Of a stretch of 64,000 nt of DNA, positions 40,511 to 54,799 are shown piece by piece; positions within the stretch are counted from its first letter, which is position 1, and every line of letters starts with the position of its first letter. A program made the translations under genes and the position numbers. Where the stretch lies: positions 8,680,001 through 8,744,000 of the forward strand of contig JBHGNT010000016.1 in NCBI GenBank assembly GCA_043228905.1, in the 5' to 3' direction. Below the pieces are notes generated by a model. The model saw only the letters and a program-made list of their open reading frames with translations, was not told the DNA's origin and did not search any database. The DNA is from Azolla caroliniana (Eukaryota; Plantae; Polypodiophyta).

Positions 40511-43500
40511 AACTTTTTTCAATTTGCATGTTCGAAGGAAGTTTATGGTAACATGTTAAAATGAAACTAAAATATCATAAATACGCTTCTGTCAATATTT
40601 ACTTATTCCTTTTAATTAAGATCTAGATCTAAGAATAAGTATCCCTTTTGGTATTCTTTATGAATTGATTGGGGATATTATCAACATCACACTATATAAT
40701 CAAGGTTTCTTCAAGAATGAAATAATGTCAACCCATTTTAAAGACATGTTGTTCCAAGGCGACTTTCACATGCATGCGTTGTGGTCCTGGATATCATGGA
40801 TTTTCCTAGTATATTAAAAAATATCCCTTCTTTCAAAGTTTCGCATTCAATGTCTTTACCCTTTTCCACAAATTTGTGTCTATGTGATTTGTTTTGAATC
40901 CTCCAATGTAATAATGAGCTTGGTTGTATTTCATACACTTGCTAAGGGTGAGTTGTTGGGCTTCTTTATTCCATATACACACTTGATATCATTTCTATGG
41001 TGTACATTACAAGCTTTATAGGTTTCAAATTGTATATATATTTTTAATAGCCCTCCCTTTATTAGTTGGTCTAGTTTTAGGATCAAGTTTCTATTTGAGA
41101 AGAATGCTTGTGAAAATGGGCATAGTTGGTTGTTTTAACTTGTAGAAAATGATCGATTTTTCTCTTGTTGGTGAGCCATGTATCGAGGAAAGCCCAATCC
41201 TATTGGTAATATTCCCTAAACGTTTATAACCAAAATGATATTTTTAGGCGATTCATTTAAACCATTTAATCGAGTGAAAAAATTTCATTTTAAATCACAA
41301 GTTTGCCATGATTATCAATTTGTTGAAGGAAGGAAGTTCACATTCATCCACTTTTCTAGGTATTATAAAGAAGGTGTCTAACTTCAGCCAAAAAAGTGCC
41401 CAAATGTGTGGAAACCATTGAACAATAAGTCATAAACCTATCTTCGAGCATCACTGAATATGATTGACATGTTTACTTTATGTATCTTTATCGTTCGTGA
41501 GAAGAAATGTATTTGTGATTTTTTTTATCACATTCAATCATTGGATTCATTAAAACAAACTTGAAAAGCTTGTTATAAGGTAAAAATGTCAAAAGAGATG
41601 GGAGGCAAATTATTAGCATTTACTTTATCTCTCATTTCAACTCTAGCAGTTGCATAAGATGAATTTGTAAAGCCATTCTTTATGAGAAACTATTGGTTAA
41701 CAATAAATGTAATGATGTCAAAGTAAAAATACAAATGTTTTTTTATGATGAATATGTCATTGGACCATAAACACATGCGCCCCTGATCCTAATGTTACAA
41801 ATTATATGCCTAATATAACATTTTGTAATCGACCCTCTAAAGGCATTGTTTGCGTGTCGTACTTCAACGTAGTGTCTGCATCTTTAACAAGTAAGTGATC
41901 ATTTATTAAATATCCAAGCTTTGGCTTCGAACAGTATGCTAGAAATTTTTAGAAAAACATAAAGGAAAAGCCATCCAACTCAAATTATTGTAGTTTATTA
42001 CCTTTGAATCATACACCATAAGAACATTGTGAAAAGAGATTTGGTAGAGAGAGTAAAAATATGAATTATATTAAAAAAATCAGAGGATGTGAGATAATAT
42101 TCAAATGTAGAAGATTATTCTACATGTACATGTTTATGATAACATAGAACCTCATGACATATAATTTCAAAACTAGAATGATATCTTTGTTACGAAGTAT
42201 ATCATAGGCTATAATATCTTTCATCACAACCATATATTGTGTGCATATGGCATCATATTTAGTGCATCCTTTATAAGTCTAAAAACTATATATATGTTGT
42301 AGGTCAGGGTTTGCATGCAGAGCTATGAGATCGGTCATATTGTGGATAGAGATGATTCATGGGTGTACGCAAGGTCTATGTATGAATGGATATGTGTGAA
42401 TTCAACAATGTGCATTCAGGGCATGGGTCCTAATGGTACTATAAAAGCAACCTCATATGTGACCATGACCTTTAAATGAGAACAATTACAACAAGCAACG
42501 ATGAGGTTAGAATATTCTAAGACAAAAAGCAAGGAGGACCAAATTTTGTGCATGATATTGTGAAAAACCTAACAAATTGCTAACTTAGTATACAAAGACA
42601 CCATTGACACCAATAAGAATCTTTATATTATGACTAGCATGGCCTTCACGTCTATATGTTAGTTTCGAAAAAGAGACTTCATATGACATTGCCAAGTAGT
42701 AACATCTATTTGAGTCCATAACTTCTTTTTAAGGGGTCCTTTGGATCTACGGTTTGTTACTACTATCTATTTAGGTTTCTGTTTATCATAGTTTTACATG
42801 TTGGATATTAACAATAAATGTTAACGCTTTATTCCTTGAATTTTCTAAGGGTAATACTTTGGCACTTCCATATGTGAATTCTTTTAGAGCCAACAAATCG
42901 TTGAATGAGAAATTGTGCAAGTTTTGCCTCATATGCAATGGCTACCTTTTTTATAGACTTGAGGGGAAAGGAAAAGAATTACATTCATTTATGAGTGATG
43001 ATGGTGGGGGGGGCCGAAGCAGATCATGAGGGGATGAGAAACACACTAGACTCATTTTGTTGTTATTTGTACAAGACCTTGGTGATAAGCGGTGAGATGG
43101 GTGATGTGGACCGAATGAAGCAGAATTTTGTTTTGTGATAAGGTTGAGTGAAGATGGTGTGGGGATCGAAGTAGATTTGTTTGAGGTGAGGAGGACATAA
43201 TAATCTTGTTTTATAGGGAGATTCATTACAAGTACATTTTCAATGTTCGTGGAGATGAAGGACATGGTCGTTTCGATATGGCAGAGGATAGATGGGGCTA
43301 TCCAATGCGGCCCATCACGTTTTACCCCAAGTGGCATGTGCATCATGGCCTGTTTTTGTGTCTTCAACTATAGCAGCTGAAGAAGATCTTGACGTACAAA
43401 ACATTTGCCAAATAGCAATAACTAGTGGACATCTAGGTGATGGTGAACAACTTTAGTATATGTGGAACCAAATGCAAACATGGAGTTCTTAGACTACCAA

Positions 43501-46500
43501 CTAGGGTATGTTGAGTATGATTACCAACAAGATATGTATTCTCTTGGACCGCAAGAATTTGTCTATATGTTGAGTAGGGTTATAGTGAAGAACTTTAGTA
43601 TATGCGGAACCACATTCAACCAATTTTGGTTGCAACATGAGGTTTTTTACAGGCCCTAACAAGGGGCAATTGAAGATGTGTTTCAGATGCTTCGTACTAC
43701 AGATATGGTCTCATGGAAGGTAATGGTGATAGAGTTATAGAACATTGTTATTTCAATGTATCATTAACTGTTCACATGTTGGAGATTGATAGTATGGTGC
43801 CCGATTCTATCCACTTTTTTTTGGTGGTAGCCTAGCTTGTCATATCAAAAGTGTTGTTGGCAAAGGCTGAGAGTTGTTTTCATGTATTATAATTAGCCTT
43901 ATCATGCCAAATGCCATTGCTTATATTTGGTCCTTTTTTGATGATATATACTTGTGGAGTGGAAACTATTATGTACAATTTGTATATTGCCTTTGGCATT
44001 GTTAATTTTAATACTAATGGGGCATATTTTTTATGGAAAAAAAAGAATTACATTCATGCTCCTTGTAAAGGGCAGTGTTGTAGAAAGTTCCATCCTACAA
44101 TGCACAAGTTTCATATGTAGTATGCAAAAAGTATCAAATCATTTCCACCACTAGAAATTGCAATAATCCTATATAACCTAATAATCCTATGTAGCATTTT
44201 TCAATATATTAATTGGTTGTAAGAAGCAATATCAAGATAGTGGTTACATATTAAAAAAGGTTGGTTTTTTCACATGGTAAAATAATTCATTTTTCTGTAA
44301 AACGTTCACAACAAATGCAACTCCTTTACGTATATTTGAGAAATGGTCTTTGTCATATTATAACATCATTGGAAATCATGAGCCTTAAACAATGTGGCAA
44401 CCCTACAAGCCCCATGTGTAGCCTATATAATAGAGATAAGGTAATCATTTATGATACTACCGTTCAATCCATTGTCACAACTTAGCTAATCATGTTAATG
44501 ATGGTGATGGTAATGTTGATGTTGATGTTGATATTGATGACAATGAATCCTTTTTGAGAAAAACTATTGCGTACAATCTTACCTTGCAAAAGTAAGTCGA
44601 TGTCCTCCACACATTGTCCTCCCAACTCCTCATAACGTTGTTTTCACACCTTATAAGCCTCACTACTAATTTATCATCATTTTCAATGTCATATTGAATC
44701 TCATTCTTGCACTACCTATATGATCATCTGGGTCACAATCCATATAATCTACTTCTCGAAAACTATTGGTTTACTAATCTATTTCATCCCTAACATCTGT
44801 CATTGTGGCCGTTAGCAACATAGTGTGATATGCATGAGTTCCAACCCATGAGTCATAGGATATGTACAAATTCCAATCTTAGTTCCATATGACATGTATA
44901 AGTTCAAAGTCATCATTGTATGACATATGTAAGTTCGAATCCTACAAGACTAGTAATGGTATGTACAAGTTGGAATCTGCAACATAGTTATGCAAGAATC
45001 CCAACTCCTAAGCACCAAACTACTAGCTCTAGTAATTATTAGACAAATTCTTCTCTAATCCATCACCTACCGTATTATAAGTACAAGATAGTGTAATCAC
45101 TTATCAATATCAAGGATGTACTTGTCTTTGGACATTGTCTTGCTTAAAACATATATTTCCCTAAGAGAAAGAACCTAATGAAAAGAACTTTTTTTTAATA
45201 GTAATGTGTGGTTTGTGTTTGCAATTTGATAAAATCTTACTTTATGGTGATTACCATCTATTTTAACGATCTTGCCTTACTCAAATGTCCAAATCAAAGT
45301 GAAAATCTCATGTTGTTTAAAGTGTCACCAAATAAATAACTTTCATTGGAGTTGCTAACACTTTTTTAAAGCATTGCAATAATTTAACATTCAATGAATA
45401 GAAGCCAAGCCTATCCATACGTTACAAATTTGAAGCTTACAAAACAAAAAAATCATCAACCCCAAAAATGCTTGGGATCACGTAAATATGTATGTACGCA
45501 GATGTGTTATTGTCTTGTATGCTTATGGTCTCTTCTTCTCTTAGTCACATTGCCATGTGTCTTTTTCTCGATGTAAGCTTTCACTTTCCTTGACAAGATT
45601 GCATGCCAACTCCCAAGTTGTGTCTCCCTCCTAGCCACACAATCTTTTTAGACTCTCTATCATTATCCTCTAACAAACAAAATCCCAATATCCTTTACTT
45701 TCAAGATTTAAAGCTTGTGCTCTAATTCTTCTCTACAAGGTTATGTTACAACTTAGAACATTTCAAGCCTTCAAAGTATTGAAAATGACAGTATTTTAAT
45801 AAGTTAGGAACATTCATGTCTTATTGCTTTGTCTCCATACCACCATACACTTGTACAATATTCACATTGCATCAATTCTCGATGGTGGATTGACTTTAGG
45901 CATATATCTTTGCTCTCTTAATTTTATTTGAGCAATATACAATCAAATGTGTAAATTGTTAGTTTACGTGCATTTCCAAAGTATTTCATTCAACTTTAAC
46001 CCATCACATTTCTTTTGTTTTCTAGTTCCAATTTTAATTGAAAAGATATAATAAGAAACTAGGAAACAAAATTTTGAAGCCTCTAGTTGTTAAAGAAATA
46101 TAGGTTCTTGAAGCCAAACTTTAAGTGTGAAAAACAAGGCTCATGAAAACAGACATTGTTTTCAATTGTTACATATGTACTTGATCATAACTCTAGCATC
46201 AACGTCTCATTTCACATTTGTCTATTATAGAATATATCTACGAACAACACATTCTCTAATCTTTCGCCACCTCTTGTATGGTTTCGTTTATGTGATAATA
46301 TAGAGGATGTGAGTCATCCTCATTGGTAGAACCTTGGTAGCGCCTTGACAAGAAGCTCACCTTGGCTCCTTATTGAGCCCCCCCCTCCCAAGAATAGGAT
46401 GATTGCCACCATCGTGAAATCCCCTTTTGCTATAAATAAGGATATTGACATGCCCCTCGAAGACTACCATCTTTTTCCCCTTGATCATTGAGTCTTTGGT

Positions 46501-47849
46501 GGAAATCGTAAACCAAGAGCATATGAATATTTTGTCATTGCCATTAGACCAACAAAAATAGACAATGCTTTTAATGGACACAAAATAGTAGAGGAAACCT
46601 CATGTCAAGCTACTTGAAAGCCCCAATGTACAAAGTTCTCTCATGTCGAAATTTTAACAATTCAAGATTGGATTAACATAGAGATATTCACAAATATTTT
46701 TATGGTATAGCTTGGGTTCATGTCACCACATATATCCCCAAAAACAACAACTAAGATAAAGGGTTTGGACAATGACTCAAGAATCTAGAATTGAATGATA
46801 AAAAGGGAATCCAATGGGAAAAGGATCTACAAACGTATCCTCCATATTCTTTCATAACAAAAACTCAATAGACTTAAGCATATATGACATCATGCACATG
46901 AAAGAAGAGGATACTTTCAAGCTAAAAATTGTGACCAAAGAGATAGATCCAAGGACCAAACAACTAGCTAAAGTTAGTCATCGATGGAAGATGCTTGTAG
47001 ATATAAAATATATCCTAGAAGAGCCACCAATTTCTCAAACAACCTATTGGTATGCATAGAGGTTATAGAACTAGATGCACTTAACCATGAAAACATAGGG
47101 TGCAAAGGATAACCTTTATGGATGTTCCAAACTACATCCTAGGGACCATACTAGTGACACCAATCACTAGGTACCATTAACAAGGACTTTGAATAATTAT
47201 ATGTCACACGAGACACCTCAAGGATGGAGGCGACGACTATGAAAACATAAAGTTCTAATTCAATGCATACTACTACCTTCCAACCAATTCAAATATTCTT
47301 GACCTTAGTGAAAATTTAGAGGAGACCAACTCCATCTCATAGGTCATTTCAATGAAAAGAAATAAGAGCATTGCCCTTAGTTGGTTCCAAAACCCTCTAG
47401 ATGAAGTCCAGAATAACTTCTTTTAACGAACTTCATAGGAAGAGGGATGAAATAGAATCCTAGTGACCAACCATTCTCCCTCAATGAGAAGCTAATGAGA
47501 TGGTGCGATGCCAACCTCTGACCAACAACTAGTTCTTTAACCTCATTTCCTAAAAAACACCAAAATTAGAATGGGTCTAAAAGTTGTGTGCTCAACCATC
47601 AATGAACATTATTTGTGCACCTCACAACTGAGCCACTCTAGAAGAGCCAACTGAAACTGAGGAGTGGGTTAATGTGCAAAGAGTCATAGCTAAAGGGAGG
47701 ACAAGGGCACTCAAGCCATGCGGTATGTCAAGAAACAACTAACAAAAGCTCAAGAATGGCACAAAGGGATCACCCAAATTTAGTTTCCTAAGCGTAGTAG
47801 AGTGCATAAACCAACCAGACCAATGCATGCGATAGAGCAAAATAAAAAA

Positions 47850-50800
47850 TGTTGAGCGACAAGCTCAACCGGAGCCGGATCGGCTGAATAAGCCGGAGCC
47901 GGTAAGCGAGACGGATCGGGCGAAAGGGATCGGTATGATGGTGAGCAACCGAACCGGCAAGCAGTGGAGGCTGGGTGCAATCTGTAACCGGCAGTTCAAT
48001 CGGAAGCCTAGAATAGGATAGACTACTAGGTATCTATAGTCTCGTAGTAAGTGTCAGATGCTCGTGTGAGCATTGAAGTACATGGTACTTCTGTCAGTCC
48101 CAAGAGGACTTGTATAAATAGTGTTACTTAGCACAGTCTGTTGTACAAAGTCTTGATATAATTTTGAAATTGTGTTCTGCTCTCTCTGTCTCTCTTGCTC
48201 TCTCTCTCTCTCCTTCTGTGTTGTTCTCTGTTTTACGCTTCCGCAAACACTCACGTTTACATGGTATCAGAGCGCGAGGGTTGAGAACCTCTACTGCAGA
48301 CATTTAACTCTTGAGAAGAAAACCCTAACAGGTTGAAAACAGACACAGTAGAAGACATGGATAGAGGCATGACTACGTCGCTCTCGGTGGAGAAGCTCGA
48401 CAGGAGCAACTACGCATCCTGGTCTTACAAGATGCACCGGTACATGCTTGGACACGGGTATTGGAGTTATGTCGAAGGAGCGAATGATGCGGCACCCGAA
48501 TCGGCACACAAGGACTTCCCGGTATGGGAACAGGCGGCAAGCAGGGTGATGTATTGCTTCGCGTCCAGTGTCGGCGATCAGCTGCTCAGCCACATCCGTG
48601 ACGCCAAGACACCGAAGGATGCTTGGGGGAACCTGAAAAAGGTTTTCGCCACAAGCACCACTGCCCGGAAGCTGCAACTCAGACAGGAGTTGAGCAATGT
48701 TCGACAGAAGAACATGTCCGTGGCAGACTACACGGGCCGGATAAAGGAGATCTGCGACTCGCTCGCCTCTATCAATGTTATCGTAGAGGAAGACGAGATG
48801 GTGCAGGTATGTCTCGGAGGCCTGGCGTCCAAGTTCGGAGCGTTCCGGACTGCGGTGTGTACAAGGGAGAATACCCCCTCATTCTTCGACTTACAGTCGA
48901 TGCTCCTTGTAGAGGAGAACCACGCCGGTGCATCTACCAGTGCATCCCCGGACAGCCGGATGCTGTACACGGGAACGGATCGGCACTGTGGGCGTGGTGG
49001 AAGAGGTGGGTCGGCACGCAATGGAGGCGGCCGGCAAGAGCAGGAACGGAGGCACTATGAGTGTGCCGACAGCAGTTCCGGGACTTCCACAAGCAGGGGG
49101 AGTCAAGGCGGTGCCGGAGGCCGGCAAGACAAATCCGCTACGGAATGCTGGTACTGTGGCAAAAAAGGCCACAGGGAAAGCGAGTGCTGGAGAAAGCGTG
49201 CCGATTCGGACAAATCCGGATCCGGCAAGACCGGTAAGGATGGCCGGCAAAACTCGCACTATGCAAACGGATCAGGAGGATCCGGAACCGGAAAGGCCAG
49301 TAAGGGGCCAACCTTGGTGATGAATCACAAGGCAAACTCAATGAAGAAGACCATTTCCAAAACGGAGGAAGTGTGGTATGTTGATTCCGGCGCGTCGAAC
49401 CACATGACGAGCCACAAAGAGTGGTTCTCCTTTCTGGAGAAACCGGATCAACCAGGAGTAGTCGAAACCGGAGACGACACTCCACACCCAATCGTGCACG
49501 TCGGAGAAGTCCCTCTAAGCCACGTCGGACAAAAAGGGAAGCTGATGAACGTATTACACGTTCCGACGATCACGAAGAACCTGGTGTCTGTCGGTTAGAT
49601 TGTCGACCAGGGGATGCAGGTGCGGTTTACGCACCTCGGGTGCTTCATTGAGGATGAGGGCGAAGTCATTGCGCAAGGGCGCAGAGACGGGAGGATGTTT
49701 ATCCTCAACACCAATGACATTGGCACCGCTCTGTTCGCAAAATGACAGAAGGTCGAGTCGGACATTGACCTATGGCACAAGCGGATAGGCCACGTCAACT
49801 ACCGGAGGCTTCAAGATCTGCAAACGAAACAAGTCGTTTTCGGTTTACCGAAGTTTAGCGGCCGGAGAGCCGAAATCTGTGAAGCCTGCCAACTTGGGAA
49901 GCAACACCGGCTTCCATTCCCCACCGAACGGAACCAGAGCCGTAACAAGCTCGATCTCATCCATTCGGATGTGTGGGGACCGGCACAAAGTGTAAGCCTT
50001 GGCGGGAGCCGATACTTCGTCTCCTTCATCGACGACCATACTCGACATACTTGGATCTACCTCATTGAACGGAAGAGTGAAGTCTTCGATTGTTTCCGGA
50101 GTCTCCAGAAGATGGTGGAACGGGAATCGGAGAGGAAGATCAAATGCCTTCGGTCGGATGGCGGAAAGGAATATTTTTCCGGCCAATTCACTAGTTATCT
50201 GCAGCAGAAGGGAATTCGGCGAGAGTTCAGCTGCAGATACACACCGGAGCAAAACGGTGTGGCCGAAAGGAAGAACCGGACACTCGTCGAAGCGGCAAGG
50301 ACAATGCTGGTGGAGAAGAGCATGCCCCGGTTCTATTGGGTGGAGGCGGTCCGGACGGTCGTCCACATACAAAATCGCATTGGTGACAAGGTGTTAGCTC
50401 ACGAGCTGTATTTCGGGCGCAAGCTGAACTTGAGACACCTTCGGATATTCGGCAGCATAGCGTATGTGCATGTGCCGGATCAGAAGCGGAGAAAGTTGGA
50501 TGCAAAATCGGAAAAATGCATCCTAGTCGGCTATGCTGAAGAGCAAAAGGGGTATAAGTGCTATAACCCCCGGACGAAGGAAGTCCGAGTTAGCCGGGAT
50601 GTCGAGTTCGATGAATCGGCATCCTGGTATTCCGTACCCACTCCAACTTCCGATCCCGACCCAATGTCGGAAGATCAGGCTAGTGAGCCTGAATCAGCCC
50701 TGGCAGAGGATGATGATGCAGGGACTCAAGATGAGAGTCCGGAATCGTTACGGTTGAGTGGACCGAACGAGCGGCTGAGTCGGTTGGACCAGTCGGATGA

Positions 50801-53800
50801 AGAGACGGCAAGTGGAGGAGACTCTGCCGTGCTCTCCCCGCGCAAGGAACCGAGGAAACGGTTCACACGTAAAGAGAAAGGGAAAAGGAAGATGCCGGAC
50901 TTCGAAACCGGCATCGATGAGTCGGATCGGTGCGTATCCGACTCCGGAAAGGAGAAAGGCAGATCTTCGGCAACGAAGACCGAACTGGCCAAGAAGGGCC
51001 TCAAATCAGGTGACGGTGCGTTGCGCCGATCAACCCGTCAGAAGGATCCTATCGTGCGGTACGGGTACAATGAATACATGGCGCATCATTATGCGTACAT
51101 GACTAAGGTGACAGAAGTGCGTGAGCCGGAAAGCTACGCCGAAGCGGCAAAGGACGCAAATTGGCGTGCCGCTATGGACGAAGAAATGCGGGCACTTGAT
51201 GCCAACGAAACTTGGGACCTACTTGATCCTCCCCGTCACTGTAAACCGATTGGATGCAAGTGGGTGTACAAGGTCAAGTACAACGCCGACGGTTCTGTTA
51301 ACCGGTACAAAGCCCGGTTAGTGGCGAAGGGATACGCGCAGACCCATGGAATCGACTACGATGAGACCTTCGCTCCTGTGGCGAAGATGACGACGGTTCG
51401 TGTGGTACTGGCGGTTGCTGCGGCAAGGGGGTGGCATCTTCACCAGATGGATGTGAAGAACGCCTTCCTTCAAGGAGAGCTTGAAGAAGAAGTCTTTATG
51501 ACTCAGCCCCCCGGATTTCACTCGGAGATGAACAAGTCGGTGGTATGCCGATTGAAGAAGTCACTTTACGGCTTGAAGCAAGCCCCCCGAGCTTGGAACG
51601 CGAAGATCACGCACCGGTTGCGTAAGCTGGGGTTTGCTGTCTCCAAGTCGGACGCTTCGTTGTTCATCCGGCAAGGCTCTAACGGCCCGGTATGTATACT
51701 CTTGTATGTGGATGATTTAGTCATCACCGGACCGGGTCTTCCCGAAATCAACCGCGTCAAGTCCAAGTTGTCGGACGCATTCGAAATGAAGGACCTGGGG
51801 GACCTTCATTATTTTCTTGGGATCGAAGTGATCTGGACCCCCGACGGCATATTGATCTCACAATGACATTACGTGTTGAATATGCTGTATAAGTTCGGCA
51901 TGACGGATTGCCGACCTGTCTCCACACCCCTGGACCGAAACCAGAAGCTCCGTCCCAACTCCGAACCGTCCTGCAATGAGAAACGGTTCCGACAGGTTGT
52001 CGGAAGCCTGATGTACTTAACCATCACCCGACCTGACATCAGCTATCCGGTCGGCATGGTAAGTCAGTTCATGCAGAAGCCGACCGTGGAGCACCTTCAG
52101 TGCGCGCAAAGAATATTACGGTATGTCAGCGGCACTAAGGACCGGGGACTGCTATACCGGCGAGGTATACCCGAAGAGCTTGTCAGTTACACAAATGCTG
52201 ACTGGGCCGGCGATGCGTCTGATCGCCGCTCCACTTCGGGATACATGTTCTCCATAGGTAGCGCGGCCGTTGCGTGGAGCAGCAAGAAGTAGCCCACAGT
52301 GGCTTTGTCAAGCACTGAGGCTGAGTACCGGGCCGCTACCGTTGCCACTTGTGAAGCCATCTGGCTTCGGCGACTACTGCGAGACTTGCGGATTGAGGTG
52401 CCGACCCCGATCCCGATTTACTGCGATAACATGAGCAGCCTGCAGCTCGCCAGGAACCCTGTGTTCCATGCTCGCACAAAGCACATCGAGGTGCACTACC
52501 ACTTCGTGCGTGAGCGGGTCCTAAGCGGTGAAGTTGACCTACGGTATGTTCATACGGATCGGCAAGTTGCCGACATCTTCACCAAGCCGCTCGAATCGGA
52601 CAAGTTGCAGCACTTTACCGACATGCTTGGTATTCAGCATCTCGACGTGCTGCACTTGAGGGGGAGAAGCAAGGACAAAGTCTCTACCGAAACGGGCAAA
52701 GGTCAACAAACTGTTGAACCCGTCGGTAAGAGGAGAGCCGGAAGAAGAGGAGACAAGAAAATAAAGGAAGCCGAGTCGGCGAAGGAAGTCGACACATCCG
52801 AACAGGTCGGAGCAAGCGGTTGTGAAGAAAAGTTGTGCACTCAGGAAGAGAAGTGCAAGCTGTGCGGAGGTCATCACGACGGTACTGACCATGATGCGGA
52901 GTCGAATGAAGAACTCGATTTCGGTTCACCGGCTGAAGAAGCCGAGGGAAGTATGGAGAAGGCCAAGACACGGAAGTGGTCCGATGTGGTGAGAGGCCTG
53001 AAGCCGGAAGTCGAATCGGAGTGTACCGATTCGAACAAGAGCTGGAACGAGTCGGAGACAGCTGACTCAGATCAACAGATGGATCCGGATGAGTCGGATC
53101 GACTGAAGACCAAGGGGACACGGACACAGCGGAAGTCGATGCCATCGTGGGAGAACCGACGGATCGGCAAGCGCCGGAGTCACAGCAACGTAAGTGCTGA
53201 GATGGGCCTATTGAGCAGACATGCCGACCAAGAGGGTCGAGGTGCGCAGAACCAAAGGGGTCGCGGCAAATGGGACCGGACCGGACGAGGAGCGCGAGCA
53301 AGGCGGAGTGACGCCAGGAGAAGTCGGTTGAAAGAACCGACTGCCACAGAGGTCGACACTACGACCCCACCTCAGGTTGAGCTTGAGGGGGAGTGTTGAG
53401 CGGCAAGCTCAACTGGAGCCGGATCAGCTGAATAAGCCGGAGCCAGTAAGCGAGACGGATCGGGCGAAACGGATCGGTATGATGGTGAGCAACCGAACCG
53501 GCAAGCAGTGGAGGCCGGGTGCAATCCGTAACCGGCAGTCCAATCGGAAGCCTAGAATAGGATAGACTACTAGGTATCTATAGTCTCGTAGTAAGTGTCG
53601 GATGCTCGTGTGAGCATTGAAGTACATGGTACTTCTGTCAGTCCCAAGAGGACTTGTATAAATAGTGTTACTTAGCACAGTCTGTTGTACAGAGTCTTGA
53701 TATAATTTTGAAATTGTGTTCTGCTCTCTCTGTCTCTCTCGCTCTCTCTCTCTCCTTCTGTGTTGTTCTCTGTTTTACGCTTCCTCAAACACTCACGTTT

Positions 53801-53803
53801 ACA
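47850..53803 (+). mobile_element. Full-length Ty1/copia element E2
   Basis: LTRs 47850-48261 and 53394-53803 (about 12 substitutions); TSD AAAAA; PBS TGGTATCAGAGCG 48262; PPT GAGGGGGAG 53385-53393. Confidence 0.97.
48357..53399 (+). pseudogene. E2 gag-pol, single frame with four nonsense codons and C-terminal extension
   Basis: CWYCGKKGHRESEC, DSGASNH, integrase, YVDD, ADIFTKPL; stops at 49596, 49743, 51864 and 52290, all in one frame. Confidence 0.95.
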
Positions 53804-54054
53804 AAAAACATTTGTGCAACTCACAAGCCTAATCATGTGGACAAAACATCTCATCATAAGCTTCAACTTTCCTCACACACTCTAAAGATTGGTTCCCATC
53901 CCACACACTCATGGGCACCCCATATGTAGACAAGGGCCCTACATTCCAATTTTCCTTGCACTAAGCCTCAACATGTAGATCAAAAGTATGCCCTAGAATG
54001 TGTTCTTTTTCTCTCTAGAAAACAAGGCCAATGATTGGTGGCCAAGAAACACAT

Positions 54055-54799
54055 TGTTGTGGTAATCCGTGCATACGTGTCGGGTTGGGCAGGACCACGG
54101 GGGTCTTGGACTAGGGAGTAAAAGGGGGAAGACAGGTTAACCCTTACGGGCTTCCGAGCACGAAAAGAGAAAGAACAATGTGTGAAAGATTAGATGAGCC
54201 AAGGTTCATCGACAAATTCCATTACGAGGCATGAAAGCCACAACATGATTTACAACCACAATCGTTTAGGCCGGACTCAATCACAACTAGAAGAAAACGA
54301 CAATAGGACTTTAGAGAAAGAAGAAAACCCTAAACCTTCCTAATTACTACCATGATGACCGAATGAAACCCTACAACGAAATAGGGAGAAGAAGGAGAAG
54401 ACTACCAAAACCCTAAAGATGGAAGAGAAGAAAAAAGTATCAAATCCTAATGGTCTACCCCAAAACAACAAAATGGTGACCCCCTTTATGGTGCCTCCTC
54501 ACCCCCTTTGATAGTGAAAAGGGGTGAGGCTTATTACAAAAGGAGAGGCCAAATATTCCTCTCTTTTCGAAGAGGAATATTTGCCTTTATTTTAGGAGGA
54601 GAGATTGATGGGGTGCCTTAACTCCCTCTTCTCTCATTTTCACACAAACACTGCCATGCCCACTACTTATTACACCCTTACTTCCACGCACACCCCTTTT
54701 CTACGTGTGCATGTGCACCTAAGTGCACACCCCATTTATACTTCACGAACTTTGTGGTGTACTTTAGTACCTTACATTTCACATTTCCTTATGCATTTG
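54055..54799. mobile_element. Possible degenerate LTR cut by E3
   Basis: Begins TGTTGTGG, LTR-like composition; no partner or TSD found. Confidence 0.25.

Noticed and set aside
40520-47849. Short ORFs, a faint PPR-like stretch near 43450-43720, and possible old TE debris
   Set aside because: AT-rich, stop-ridden, with no motif supportable by eye.
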